Virus record (IMG/VR): IMGVR_UViG_3300042385_000739
Span: 1 to 64,000 of that record
Length of the DNA: 64,000 nucleotides
Source of the DNA: an uncultured virus (IMG/VR IMGVR_UViG_3300042385_000739)
Taxonomy: Duplodnaviria > Heunggongvirae > Uroviricota > Caudoviricetes
Reading direction: 5' to 3' (one strand)
Of this stretch, positions 9,580 through 17,720 are shown piece after piece. The first letter of the stretch is position 1, and every line of letters begins with the position of its first letter. A program made the position numbers and the translations under genes. The notes under the pieces are model-generated. The model was not told where the DNA came from and searched no databases. It was given only the letters and a program-made list of their open reading frames with translations.

Positions 9580-10017
9580 TTACCCTATATTCTTATTAAT
9601 TGTTGTTATATCTAACTTGCGTACTATTTTAAAATCTTTTAGATTATTACTTATCACCGTATCTGGCCAGTAATTCAGTATATATTTTGCGTTGTCAACC
9701 AAGACTAATGATATGTCATCGCCCTGTACATCCGTTGCTAATACAAATTCTATATCAGAAATATCCATTAACAGTAGAGTATAACACATTCCTAGACCCC
9801 TTGCAAGTGTACAGTAGGTGTTTTCTACCAAAAGATCCCAAGGACCGGGCCACTCACTGACTTCATTTGGGTGAAGATGATAGTTAATTAATGGTGCATT
9901 TTGCCACCATTTATCTACTTCTACACATTGTTGAGATAAATCAAGATTTTTGATTTTATTGCGTAATTTGTACCAGCTTTGTAATCTATTGTCATAAGAC
10001 GATTGAAATATATTCAT
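9580..10017 (-). CDS. Hypothetical phage protein
   Basis: 145-aa ORF in the gene run with WPxPWDL and YILNY motifs; no function recognised. Confidence 0.7.
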   Translation of the reverse strand: MNIFQSSYDNRLQSWYKLRNKIKNLDLSQQCVEVDKWWQNAPLINYHLHPNEVSEWPGPWDLLVENTYCTLARGLGMCYTLLLMDISDIEFVLATDVQGDDISLVLVDNAKYILNYWPDTVISNNLKDFKIVRKLDITTINKNIG

Positions 10018-10028
10018 TAGATAACTAC

Positions 10029-10805
10029 TTATCTTTTTTCAATATTAGCTAACGTTTTCCTTGTTTTAGTCATATCAGCACACGTATACTTCTGATAACT
10101 AGCTTTCAATATCTCCGGCATAGGAATCTCTACTACTTTTACATTAAATGTGTTTGCTACATCTAAAAAGCTAATAGGTTTCCCACTACCTATATTAAAT
10201 ATACCTGATTCTTTAATATTTAAAAACTGTAAATGCGTATCTATCACTTCTTCTACCGGTACAAAATCTCTTTTATGATCTGCACTATTCTCAAATACAC
10301 GTATTTCACCTGTTTTTGATTGTTCATAAAACTGAAAGAATGGACTTGCTTGCTTATCTTTGTGTTCTTCGCCTACACCATTAGATGCGTATACATTGAA
10401 ATATCTAAATCCTTGTACTATACTGCCTGTAGGATGTTTCTCTACATATCTTTCAAACAAATACTTGCTCCAAGCGTATGGATTTCTTGGATCTACAGGT
10501 GCTGTTTCACTAAAATCAGTCCCTAATCCATACACGCTTGCACTACTAGAATATTGCATATTAACTCCAAACGTCTTACATTCTTCATATAAGTCTATGC
10601 TAAACTCTGTATTCTGTCTAAGTATCTTATCTATATCACGCTCAGTGGTGCTACTGATTCCTCCCATATGAATGACCCATTCGAATTCCATTACGCTAGG
10701 TCTAATTCCATCTGACCATTCAAATGTCGTAACATCGTGTTCTTTTAGTGCTTTAAGCATATAACTGCCAATAAAGCCGTTGTGTCCAGTTAATAGTATT
10801 TTCAT
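10029..10805 (-). CDS. hldD: ADP-L-glycero-D-manno-heptose 6-epimerase-like SDR
   Basis: TGxxGFIG, ISSTTE, YSSSASVYG, YAWSK, RYFNVY, RDFV, YQKYTCADM; next to heptose kinase and adenylyltransferase genes. Confidence 0.85.
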   Translation of the reverse strand: MKILLTGHNGFIGSYMLKALKEHDVTTFEWSDGIRPSVMEFEWVIHMGGISSTTERDIDKILRQNTEFSIDLYEECKTFGVNMQYSSSASVYGLGTDFSETAPVDPRNPYAWSKYLFERYVEKHPTGSIVQGFRYFNVYASNGVGEEHKDKQASPFFQFYEQSKTGEIRVFENSADHKRDFVPVEEVIDTHLQFLNIKESGIFNIGSGKPISFLDVANTFNVKVVEIPMPEILKASYQKYTCADMTKTRKTLANIEKR

Positions 10806-11095
10806 CTAAAATATGTACCTACATTAAAAGCTTTATCATCTATCCACATATCATATGCAGGTTTACCTACCTCAGCCGTAGTATACTTAACACCCCAATC
10901 ATTCAATTGTTTAAGTGTAAGTTCAAGCCAATTCTTACCTGTATTACTGCCACGTGCTGTCCAATAATGTATCTCGTTGCCTGCGTCATATAACTTATTA
11001 AAATGTTCTATACGTGATAGATACGGTTCTGCGTTTGCATAATCTCCATTAGTTGTAGTACAAATAGTACCATCAATATCTACTATAATTTTCAT
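10802..11095 (-). CDS. Small HAD-superfamily phosphatase
   Basis: DIDGT, TARG and KP...IDDKA HAD motifs; capless, 97 aa. Confidence 0.85.
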   Translation of the reverse strand: MKIIVDIDGTICTTTNGDYANAEPYLSRIEHFNKLYDAGNEIHYWTARGSNTGKNWLELTLKQLNDWGVKYTTAEVGKPAYDMWIDDKAFNVGTYFR

Positions 11096-11448
11096 TTCTG
11101 ACTGTCTCCCGGTAATACTCTATAGTTATCTTCTACACTATCAGGTGTACTAACTTCAATAATAGTACCTTCTTCTAAGCATATAACCTGATGAGGTTGA
11201 AGTGGTCTATTGCGCCATACTTCACCCTCTTTTAATGTAACATCGTGTAAGCTAGCATCTTGCGTTTCAATGAATTTAATCATAAATAATCCACTTAATA
11301 TATACCAACTTTCATCCTTTTCAGCGTGAAAATGCATACTGAATTTTGCACCCTTATTGAATTTCAATAACTTGCCGCAATACTTATCAGTAGTAGCCCA
11401 TATCAATTCGTGGCCCCAACCTTTTTCTACAAATCCTTCAAGTCGCAT
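11092..11448 (-). CDS. Cupin-fold sugar isomerase-like protein
   Basis: KGWGHE, SMHFH..KDE, PH, EVSTP cupin motifs. Confidence 0.82.
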   Translation of the reverse strand: MRLEGFVEKGWGHELIWATTDKYCGKLLKFNKGAKFSMHFHAEKDESWYILSGLFMIKFIETQDASLHDVTLKEGEVWRNRPLQPHQVICLEEGTIIEVSTPDSVEDNYRVLPGDSQK

Positions 11449-12193
11449 TTATTTCCTCCAATGTAGGTGCGTATACACCAACGTGTTGCACTGTAATAGA
11501 ACTAGCTCTGATGGCAAACTCTATTGCTTGTTCCATATCGTCTGCTACTAAGTAGCCATATGTTAACGCTGATAAGAAGGTGTCCCCCGCTCCACAAACA
11601 TCAAACACATCTACTTTAGGTACACTAAATGTTTTATTATTATATGATACCCCGCTACTACCACGTGTTAATACCATATTAGAACAATCACTAATTCTAC
11701 TAGAATATTCTGTTTCGTTAATCTTTACAATGCAACCTTCAAATAGTTTTAAATCACGTTTCTTGGTATCAACAAAGATAGGACCTTCATACTGTTGTCT
11801 AATACCCTTAATAAAATCTTCTGTGACAAATCCTTTAGCATAATCAGATATAACTACAGCATCACTACCTTCTAGAAATTTCATTACATAATCTAAATTG
11901 CAGGGATTAGACTTTACATCATCATCTATACGCATTAAATGTTGCTTAGACTTTGCATCTATTAAACGTTTCTTTTTAGATGGGTCTCCCAAGAATGAGG
12001 TGACATTTAGTCCCAATGCTAATAGATTTTCTTTAACATTACTTCCCATACCTGATTTAGTTTCAGTGTGTTTAGGAACAAAAACAGGTACAGGAGCTTC
12101 AGGGCTCATTCTATCTACTGTACCATATTGATATTCATCAATGCAGGTGTCGCCTATTAATATAATTTTCAATTGTCTTTGTGGTTGATTCAT
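11438..12193 (-). CDS. PfkB-family heptose-7-phosphate kinase (HldE/RfaE kinase domain as a separate protein)
   Basis: IGD..IDEY.YG.V.RMSPEAPVPV, ISDYAKG, KINETE, DVCGAGDTF. Confidence 0.9.
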   Translation of the reverse strand: MNQPQRQLKIILIGDTCIDEYQYGTVDRMSPEAPVPVFVPKHTETKSGMGSNVKENLLALGLNVTSFLGDPSKKKRLIDAKSKQHLMRIDDDVKSNPCNLDYVMKFLEGSDAVVISDYAKGFVTEDFIKGIRQQYEGPIFVDTKKRDLKLFEGCIVKINETEYSSRISDCSNMVLTRGSSGVSYNNKTFSVPKVDVFDVCGAGDTFLSALTYGYLVADDMEQAIEFAIRASSITVQHVGVYAPTLEEINAT

Positions 12194-12545
12194 CTATTAC
12201 CCTATCAAAGAATACTAATTCCTCAGCATACTCCGAACCTATTACTTTTTTATTCTTCCAATCACTTCCGACTATCATAATGTTCGGCTTGTATTGTTCA
12301 ATGATACTCTCTAACTCAAAATCAGTATTGAATACTAATACCTTATCTACTGCTTTTAAATTACTGAGTAATGCTACCCTATTATCTATTTTGTTGAATG
12401 GTCTATCACTACCTTTTTTCTCGGTTACACGATTATCAGAATCAATTGCAACCAATAGATATGTGCCTAAACTCTTTGCATAGTTTAATAAGTCTAAATG
12501 ACCCATATGTAATATATCAAACGTTCCATTAACAAAAACTTTCAT
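12138..12545 (-). CDS. Heptose-1-phosphate adenylyltransferase-like nucleotidyltransferase (HldE/RfaE domain II)
   Basis: NGTFDILHMGH (HxGH), KGSDRP, GSDW, STT motifs. Confidence 0.88.
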   Translation of the reverse strand: MKVFVNGTFDILHMGHLDLLNYAKSLGTYLLVAIDSDNRVTEKKGSDRPFNKIDNRVALLSNLKAVDKVLVFNTDFELESIIEQYKPNIMIVGSDWKNKKVIGSEYAEELVFFDRVIDESTTKTIENYINRRHLH

Positions 12546-12575
12546 ACACTATTCTAACATAACCTGTAGTAAATA

Positions 12576-13580
12576 TCAAGCTTTTTGTTCCAAAAATTGA
12601 TGGGCAGTTTCTAATGATGAACTAATAGCCATATGCATATCAATATACACATACATTCCACAACGTCCAATAAACGTATTTTTTGTATTTTCGATAGCTT
12701 TATACTTCTTATATAACTCTCTATATGTATCAATTGGATAATAACGTTCATTATTATTGTCTTTATAATCACAAGGTTCTTCAAATGTTAATGTTGTATT
12801 ACCCGTATTAATATTATTGGGTAGTTTATTCCATTCAGTCATTCTGGTAAACGAACCATTATCAGTAAAATTAACTACGGTAGTAGGTAACATACTGGGT
12901 GAGGGAAACGTTATTGAATGAAATTTAATAGACCTATATGGTAATTCCCCGTATATGAAATCATAATATACATCTATGGGCATAGAATTAAAGATATGAT
13001 CATAATTATCTTCCATACTCTTATCAAACATCGTATTCAACTTAACGGTAATGTTTGGATGATTTAATATATTAGTGAATAATGTCGTATATCCGTGTGT
13101 CGGTAGATATTGATATTCATCTCTAAAATATCTACTGTCGTCATTATCTCTAGTACTAACTCGATTTAATACGTCTTTGCTTAGTGTTTTATAATGTTCT
13201 CCCCACATCTTTTTACTGTAGGGTTCAAAAAATGTATTGTTTATATCTTCTTTTTTTACTGTTTCTAATGTGATTGTGTTAACCGGAAACGGTACATATT
13301 TGCCACTTTCCAGTAACGCCAACACGTGATGTTCATAGAATGTCCACTCGGTAAATTTACTAACCCAATCAAATACTTTTTTGTTACTAGTATGAAAGAT
13401 ATGCGGTCCATATTTATGAATGCGTAATCCGTGTTCATTGATATAGTCATATGCATTACCACCAATATGGTCTCTATTATCAATAACTATTACGTTGTAA
13501 TTGTTTTCTGCAAGTTCTCTCGCTACTACACTACCAGCAAAGCCTGCCCCTACTATTAAGATATTTTGTTTTGTTCCCAT
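12576..13580 (-). CDS. glf: UDP-galactopyranose mutase
   Basis: GAGFAG FAD motif, HIGGNAYD, HKYGPHIFHT, LPYRS, RYYP, GR...Y.YIDM. Confidence 0.93.
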   Translation of the reverse strand: MGTKQNILIVGAGFAGSVVARELAENNYNVIVIDNRDHIGGNAYDYINEHGLRIHKYGPHIFHTSNKKVFDWVSKFTEWTFYEHHVLALLESGKYVPFPVNTITLETVKKEDINNTFFEPYSKKMWGEHYKTLSKDVLNRVSTRDNDDSRYFRDEYQYLPTHGYTTLFTNILNHPNITVKLNTMFDKSMEDNYDHIFNSMPIDVYYDFIYGELPYRSIKFHSITFPSPSMLPTTVVNFTDNGSFTRMTEWNKLPNNINTGNTTLTFEEPCDYKDNNNERYYPIDTYRELYKKYKAIENTKNTFIGRCGMYVYIDMHMAISSSLETAHQFLEQKA

Positions 13581-14356
13581 AATTCTTCCAAATCTTTTAC
13601 ATAAAAAGATATATCTTTAGCTTCCCCTAAATGAATAGCTAAAGTTTTCATAGGCATCATCATCCTAACTTCAGGTTGTTGCCATACTTTACTTATTGTG
13701 TTACCTTCCCAATAGCCTTCTATTGTGCCGATATCCAATAAACTATAAAATTCTTCTTTATATTTTTTAAATAAATTTACTGGTATTAAAAATGATTCGT
13801 GTGTAAACCAAGTATTTCTATAATATCTATCTGGTCCTGGTATAACCATACAGGGATAAACATATGTTCCGTTGAAGGGATTCTGTGGATGATAGTATAG
13901 TTGATTAAAATCTTGAGGAAAAATACATATAGTTAACTCAGGACTAATAGATTCTAAATAGTTTCTTGCATCTATCATTGTAGCAATACTATTTGGATAA
14001 TGCAAATAGTCATCTTCTACTAGATAAACAAGTTCATCGTCCGGTAACTGACTAATGTAGTCTAATGCAATCTTTAAACTATATCTAGATTTTTGTTTAA
14101 TATCTTTAAATTCAATTGTTGGATCAACTACTACATCTTGTATTGTAGCATTAGCAAAATGGTTATGTAAGAACTGTTTAGTCTCAATGGAAGAATCATC
14201 ATCAATTACGTGTAAACTAAAAGGGTTATTATAATTAGTTAATGACGTTACTAGTGAGTTATAACATCTTTTTACACATTCGTCTTTTGGCACAATGCGA
14301 TTACTTGCCAATGAGGCTTTATCACAGGTCCTTAATACCACATTTAGTTTTTGCAT
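13556..14356 (-). CDS. GT-A fold (GT2-like) glycosyltransferase
   Basis: VIDDDS and YLVEDDYLH motifs. Start reassigned to ATG 14356, which overlaps the upstream mini-ORF stop (TAATG). Confidence 0.7.
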   Translation of the reverse strand: MQKLNVVLRTCDKASLASNRIVPKDECVKRCYNSLVTSLTNYNNPFSLHVIDDDSSIETKQFLHNHFANATIQDVVVDPTIEFKDIKQKSRYSLKIALDYISQLPDDELVYLVEDDYLHYPNSIATMIDARNYLESISPELTICIFPQDFNQLYYHPQNPFNGTYVYPCMVIPGPDRYYRNTWFTHESFLIPVNLFKKYKEEFYSLLDIGTIEGYWEGNTISKVWQQPEVRMMMPMKTLAIHLGEAKDISFYVKDLEELWEQNKIS

Positions 14357-14442
14357 TACTTCAAGCCTAAACTCTTGCAAATATGTGCTAGATGGATTTT
14401 GTCCGAGCTCGGTAAGCCCGTAATAAGAATACGTGGTGTCAT
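14356..14442 (-). pseudogene. 28-codon remnant of a P-loop kinase gene
   Basis: MTPRILITGLPSSDKIHLAHICKSLGLK resembles the hhhhGLPGSGKTxLA kinase start with a decayed Walker A; has an AGGA RBS and an upstream promoter. Confidence 0.5.
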
Positions 14443-14458
14443 ACTATTTCCTGTAAAA

Positions 14459-14466
14459 TATTTATA
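14459..14466 (-). promoter_or_regulatory. T4-type late promoter TATAAATA
   Basis: Exact T4 late consensus in an intergenic gap, in the gene orientation. Confidence 0.65.
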
Positions 14467-14490
14467 ATAGAGACAGTATAACCATTTATT

Positions 14491-14910
14491 TTACATCAAA
14501 GCGTCTACTTCTTCATGTGTCGTAGCGGCTTCAATTTGAGCTATTTTTGCTAATAATGTTTCTTTGGCAGCACTAACCAAACTAGTATCAAATTCTTCTG
14601 CAGGATTAGCACTCAGTTGTAGTTGTATTTGTTGGTAAACAACCTGCTGAAATAATCCATTAGCTTGTCCGATTAACGAACCTTTGCGTTCATCTATTTC
14701 TAAATCACGTTTACCCCAAATAATTTCAACTGGACTTTTACTAAGATCAAATGTGTGTGTGGTCATTATTTCACGATTTTGTATTAGATCAGGGATTATT
14801 TCAACTGCTTCATTCCAACCATCTTGACCTGCAGGTGGTGCGGAGTCCCAGCAGTCTGTTACTGAATTATCTATTACCCTTACCCAATATCCTGTTTTAA
14901 TTGTACTCAT
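14491..14910 (-). CDS. Hypothetical protein, possibly fibre-assembly associated
   Basis: 139 aa with AAGGA RBS; C-terminal IAQIEAATTHEEVDAL is reminiscent of DUF4376-type fibre-associated proteins. Confidence 0.55.
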   Translation of the reverse strand: MSTIKTGYWVRVIDNSVTDCWDSAPPAGQDGWNEAVEIIPDLIQNREIMTTHTFDLSKSPVEIIWGKRDLEIDERKGSLIGQANGLFQQVVYQQIQLQLSANPAEEFDTSLVSAAKETLLAKIAQIEAATTHEEVDALM

Positions 14911-14930
14911 TTTAAATGTTCCTTATATTA

Positions 14931-14938
14931 TATTTATA
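14931..14938 (-). promoter_or_regulatory. T4-type late promoter TATAAATA
   Basis: Exact consensus 20 nt upstream of ATG 14910. Confidence 0.65.
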
Positions 14939-14972
14939 TTAACTTTTCTTGTTTTTTTGTATAACTAAAATA

Positions 14973-15797
14973 TCAGTTAGGTGGATTTTTTCCTAAAGTT
15001 TCTAATAATTTTGATTTCAATAATATGTCTAATGGTACATTCTGATAGATGTAAGTTAATATGCCGCGTACCTGTGTATATCTTTCATCTTTGTGAGTGT
15101 GATTGATAAACACTATCCCGCAAGTAACATAGTTTTCTAAATCTTCTATTTTATAATAATGCGCCAACAAGTACCATAAAGTCCAACAGTTAGTTGGATT
15201 GCTTTCAAACTCATCTTTTAACATTTTTATATACAATTCAGGGCGAGATTGTTTTTTAAAATCTTGGTCATGTATTAGATAGATATTTTCATTATATATT
15301 TCAACTTCATATCTATCTTTGTGCTTAAACCAAAGATGTTCATAGATAGGTTGTGCCCAAGTATAATCGTGTCTACGATGTATTTTGTTTGTACCTAAAA
15401 AGTTAGGAGGACCTACTCTAACATTTTCTGTATATAAATCTAATCTATCACACGATATGTTAGTAACAGTAGGATTAGCTTCCATTGTGTTTTTCATTTC
15501 AGCTAACACATTGATACTGAAATATTCATCTAGATCCGGACTTAAACACCAATCTACGTCAGTAGGAATCATATCTAAGTTGTAGTTACGTGCTACATTA
15601 AATATCCATGGGGTGAATATCTTTTGCTCAATAATCAGATTAGGATCGACCTTTGCAGCCTCTTGAAACATTTCCCAAGTCCCGTCAGTTGAACCGGTAT
15701 CAAGTATCACTCTATATGTAAATTTTTTGGTATAGTATAACCACTTCTCTACGTATTGAAGTTCATTTTTACAGATTGTATATGCTGCCGTTTTCAT
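14973..15797 (-). CDS. GT2-family glycosyltransferase with helical C-terminus
   Basis: ICKNE, LDTGSTDGT, F..ARN, DLDE, W..PIYE motifs. Confidence 0.88.
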   Translation of the reverse strand: MKTAAYTICKNELQYVEKWLYYTKKFTYRVILDTGSTDGTWEMFQEAAKVDPNLIIEQKIFTPWIFNVARNYNLDMIPTDVDWCLSPDLDEYFSINVLAEMKNTMEANPTVTNISCDRLDLYTENVRVGPPNFLGTNKIHRRHDYTWAQPIYEHLWFKHKDRYEVEIYNENIYLIHDQDFKKQSRPELYIKMLKDEFESNPTNCWTLWYLLAHYYKIEDLENYVTCGIVFINHTHKDERYTQVRGILTYIYQNVPLDILLKSKLLETLGKNPPN

Positions 15798-16399
15798 TCT
15801 TGTGTCTTAATAAATGATGTCTGTGATCCGTCTGGAATATTCAATATGTTTAACTTATGCCAATTGCATTGTATAAACATCTCCACTGCCATTCGCACAC
15901 TCATCTGTGCTGATTGTGTGCCATTTTTGTCGGTATAACGCCAAGTAGTGGTATCGTCACATAAAATAACTCCACCTACACGTAGTATTTTCCAAGCTAA
16001 TACCAAGTCTGTTAATACTTCGCTTGCTTTGTGATCTCCGTCAATATATATAAACTCTGCGTTGACGTTGTTATTAATCAAATCAATTAGTCCATCTGTA
16101 CTATGTTTTTGTATATAAGTTACATTGTTATTTTTATTGAACCCAAGATTATCTAAGAAGTTTTGTTTTACAATATTAAAATCCTCGCTCATATCATTAC
16201 TACCAATATGCGGGTCTATTGCATATATTTTCAGGTTAGGATTATACGGTGTAAGTTGGTCACTCATCCAAAATGTTGTAGAGCCTTCAAACACACCAAT
16301 TTCTACAATTGTATTTGGTACTCCGTATGTGTTTACTAAGTGACCAACATTAGTCATTGCACCCTTACCACAATTAAAATCCATGCTAAATTTGTACAT
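15794..16399 (-). CDS. Class I SAM-dependent methyltransferase (Methyltransf_24-like)
   Basis: VEIGVFEG, IDP, IYIDGDH, GGVILCDD. Confidence 0.88.
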   Translation of the reverse strand: MYKFSMDFNCGKGAMTNVGHLVNTYGVPNTIVEIGVFEGSTTFWMSDQLTPYNPNLKIYAIDPHIGSNDMSEDFNIVKQNFLDNLGFNKNNNVTYIQKHSTDGLIDLINNNVNAEFIYIDGDHKASEVLTDLVLAWKILRVGGVILCDDTTTWRYTDKNGTQSAQMSVRMAVEMFIQCNWHKLNILNIPDGSQTSFIKTQE

Positions 16400-17004
16400 T
16401 ATTGCTTTCTATATATAACTATATTCTTCTCAGGATTGATATAGGGTGTTTCTTTTACTTTAGTTAAGAGTTTCTCTATTGCAGTAAACACATTGAAGTA
16501 GTCATTATCCCAGATAACAAAGCCCTTAGAGTCTACATCACTGGGTATGAATCTGTTATCTTCATTTATTAAAACTAAGTAACCGTTTGGTTTTAGCGTA
16601 TTGACTATCTTTTCTATCTCTTGTTGTGGGTTCTCTACGTGTTGTAATACAAATACCGCTAAACATACATCTACTGAATTTTCATCGGGTAGTTGTGATA
16701 TTATTTTAAACTTCCTTGGGTTAGAAACATATAGGGTAGCAAAAGTTTTCATACTTTCACTGATATCAAAACCCAATACAGAGCAATCAAACTTAGTAAT
16801 TAGTTCTTTACTAACACGACCCATACCACAACCAAAGTCTAATACAGTTGATTGATTAGTAATAATGTTTTCATTATATATTGTATCAACTAAGAAATGT
16901 GTTTCTTTGTGGAACTTTTCTGGTTTATCAGATTCAAAGCTGAGAACCACATTCATTGCCTGAGTGATTGTGGTTACATCAAATGCTTCTTTAACATATC
17001 TCAT
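16399..17004 (-). CDS. Class I SAM-dependent methyltransferase
   Basis: VLDFGCGMGR, DISESM, VLQH, LKPNG. Confidence 0.88.
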   Translation of the reverse strand: MRYVKEAFDVTTITQAMNVVLSFESDKPEKFHKETHFLVDTIYNENIITNQSTVLDFGCGMGRVSKELITKFDCSVLGFDISESMKTFATLYVSNPRKFKIISQLPDENSVDVCLAVFVLQHVENPQQEIEKIVNTLKPNGYLVLINEDNRFIPSDVDSKGFVIWDNDYFNVFTAIEKLLTKVKETPYINPEKNIVIYRKQ

Positions 17005-17720
17005 GTTTTAAGTTTATCGTTACGTTCCGTAGTTCTACCGGTTAATGGTCTAGCTAGAATTGTAGTGTCAGTAGTTACGTTTATGTTTTTATCATAAGCG
17101 AACATACCTTGATGTGTAATATTAAACAAGTCTGCTCTCATCATAATATCTAACGGAGCACATATACCCATTTTTAATACGTGCGAGATTAAGTTCTTTG
17201 CCATTAATGGGTCTAATGCATATGCGTGGGCACGACAGATAAACAGATAATTAGGTCCTTCACTAGCGTGAGGTGGTATAGTTGGATGTATTTTCCATCC
17301 TTGCTCTGCCCACTCAGCACCGCCTAGGTAACATATTGAGTTAACTGAATCATATGAAGTAAACTTCTTAGTCATAATGCTATCGTGTTCTAAGATAACA
17401 ATAGGCTTATCAATCTTGGCGCAATGAACCCACAGGCTGATGTGACTTAATGCACAAGCAACTTCACCTCTAGTTAAGTAATGGTCTGTAATCTTTAGCA
17501 TTTTGATTACTGAATCACCTACGCTGTGGTCAGGTACTGTAATTTCAGAGCCAATGCCGTTGAAGGCATCCCATACTTTATATTGCATACCTACATTCAT
17601 ACAACTGAGTTGGCATCGTTTAGAATACCGTTCAGATGATTCATTACCTTTTACAGTAATGATGTAAGCGTGTTCTACTTCAAAATCACGTTTATAGAAT
17701 AAATTAAGATTTGTGTCCAT
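17001..17720 (-). CDS. GT25-family glycosyltransferase
   Basis: GEVACALSH..LW, VILEHD, AHAY, PLD motifs. Confidence 0.85.
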   Translation of the reverse strand: MDTNLNLFYKRDFEVEHAYIITVKGNESSERYSKRCQLSCMNVGMQYKVWDAFNGIGSEITVPDHSVGDSVIKMLKITDHYLTRGEVACALSHISLWVHCAKIDKPIVILEHDSIMTKKFTSYDSVNSICYLGGAEWAEQGWKIHPTIPPHASEGPNYLFICRAHAYALDPLMAKNLISHVLKMGICAPLDIMMRADLFNITHQGMFAYDKNINVTTDTTILARPLTGRTTERNDKLKT

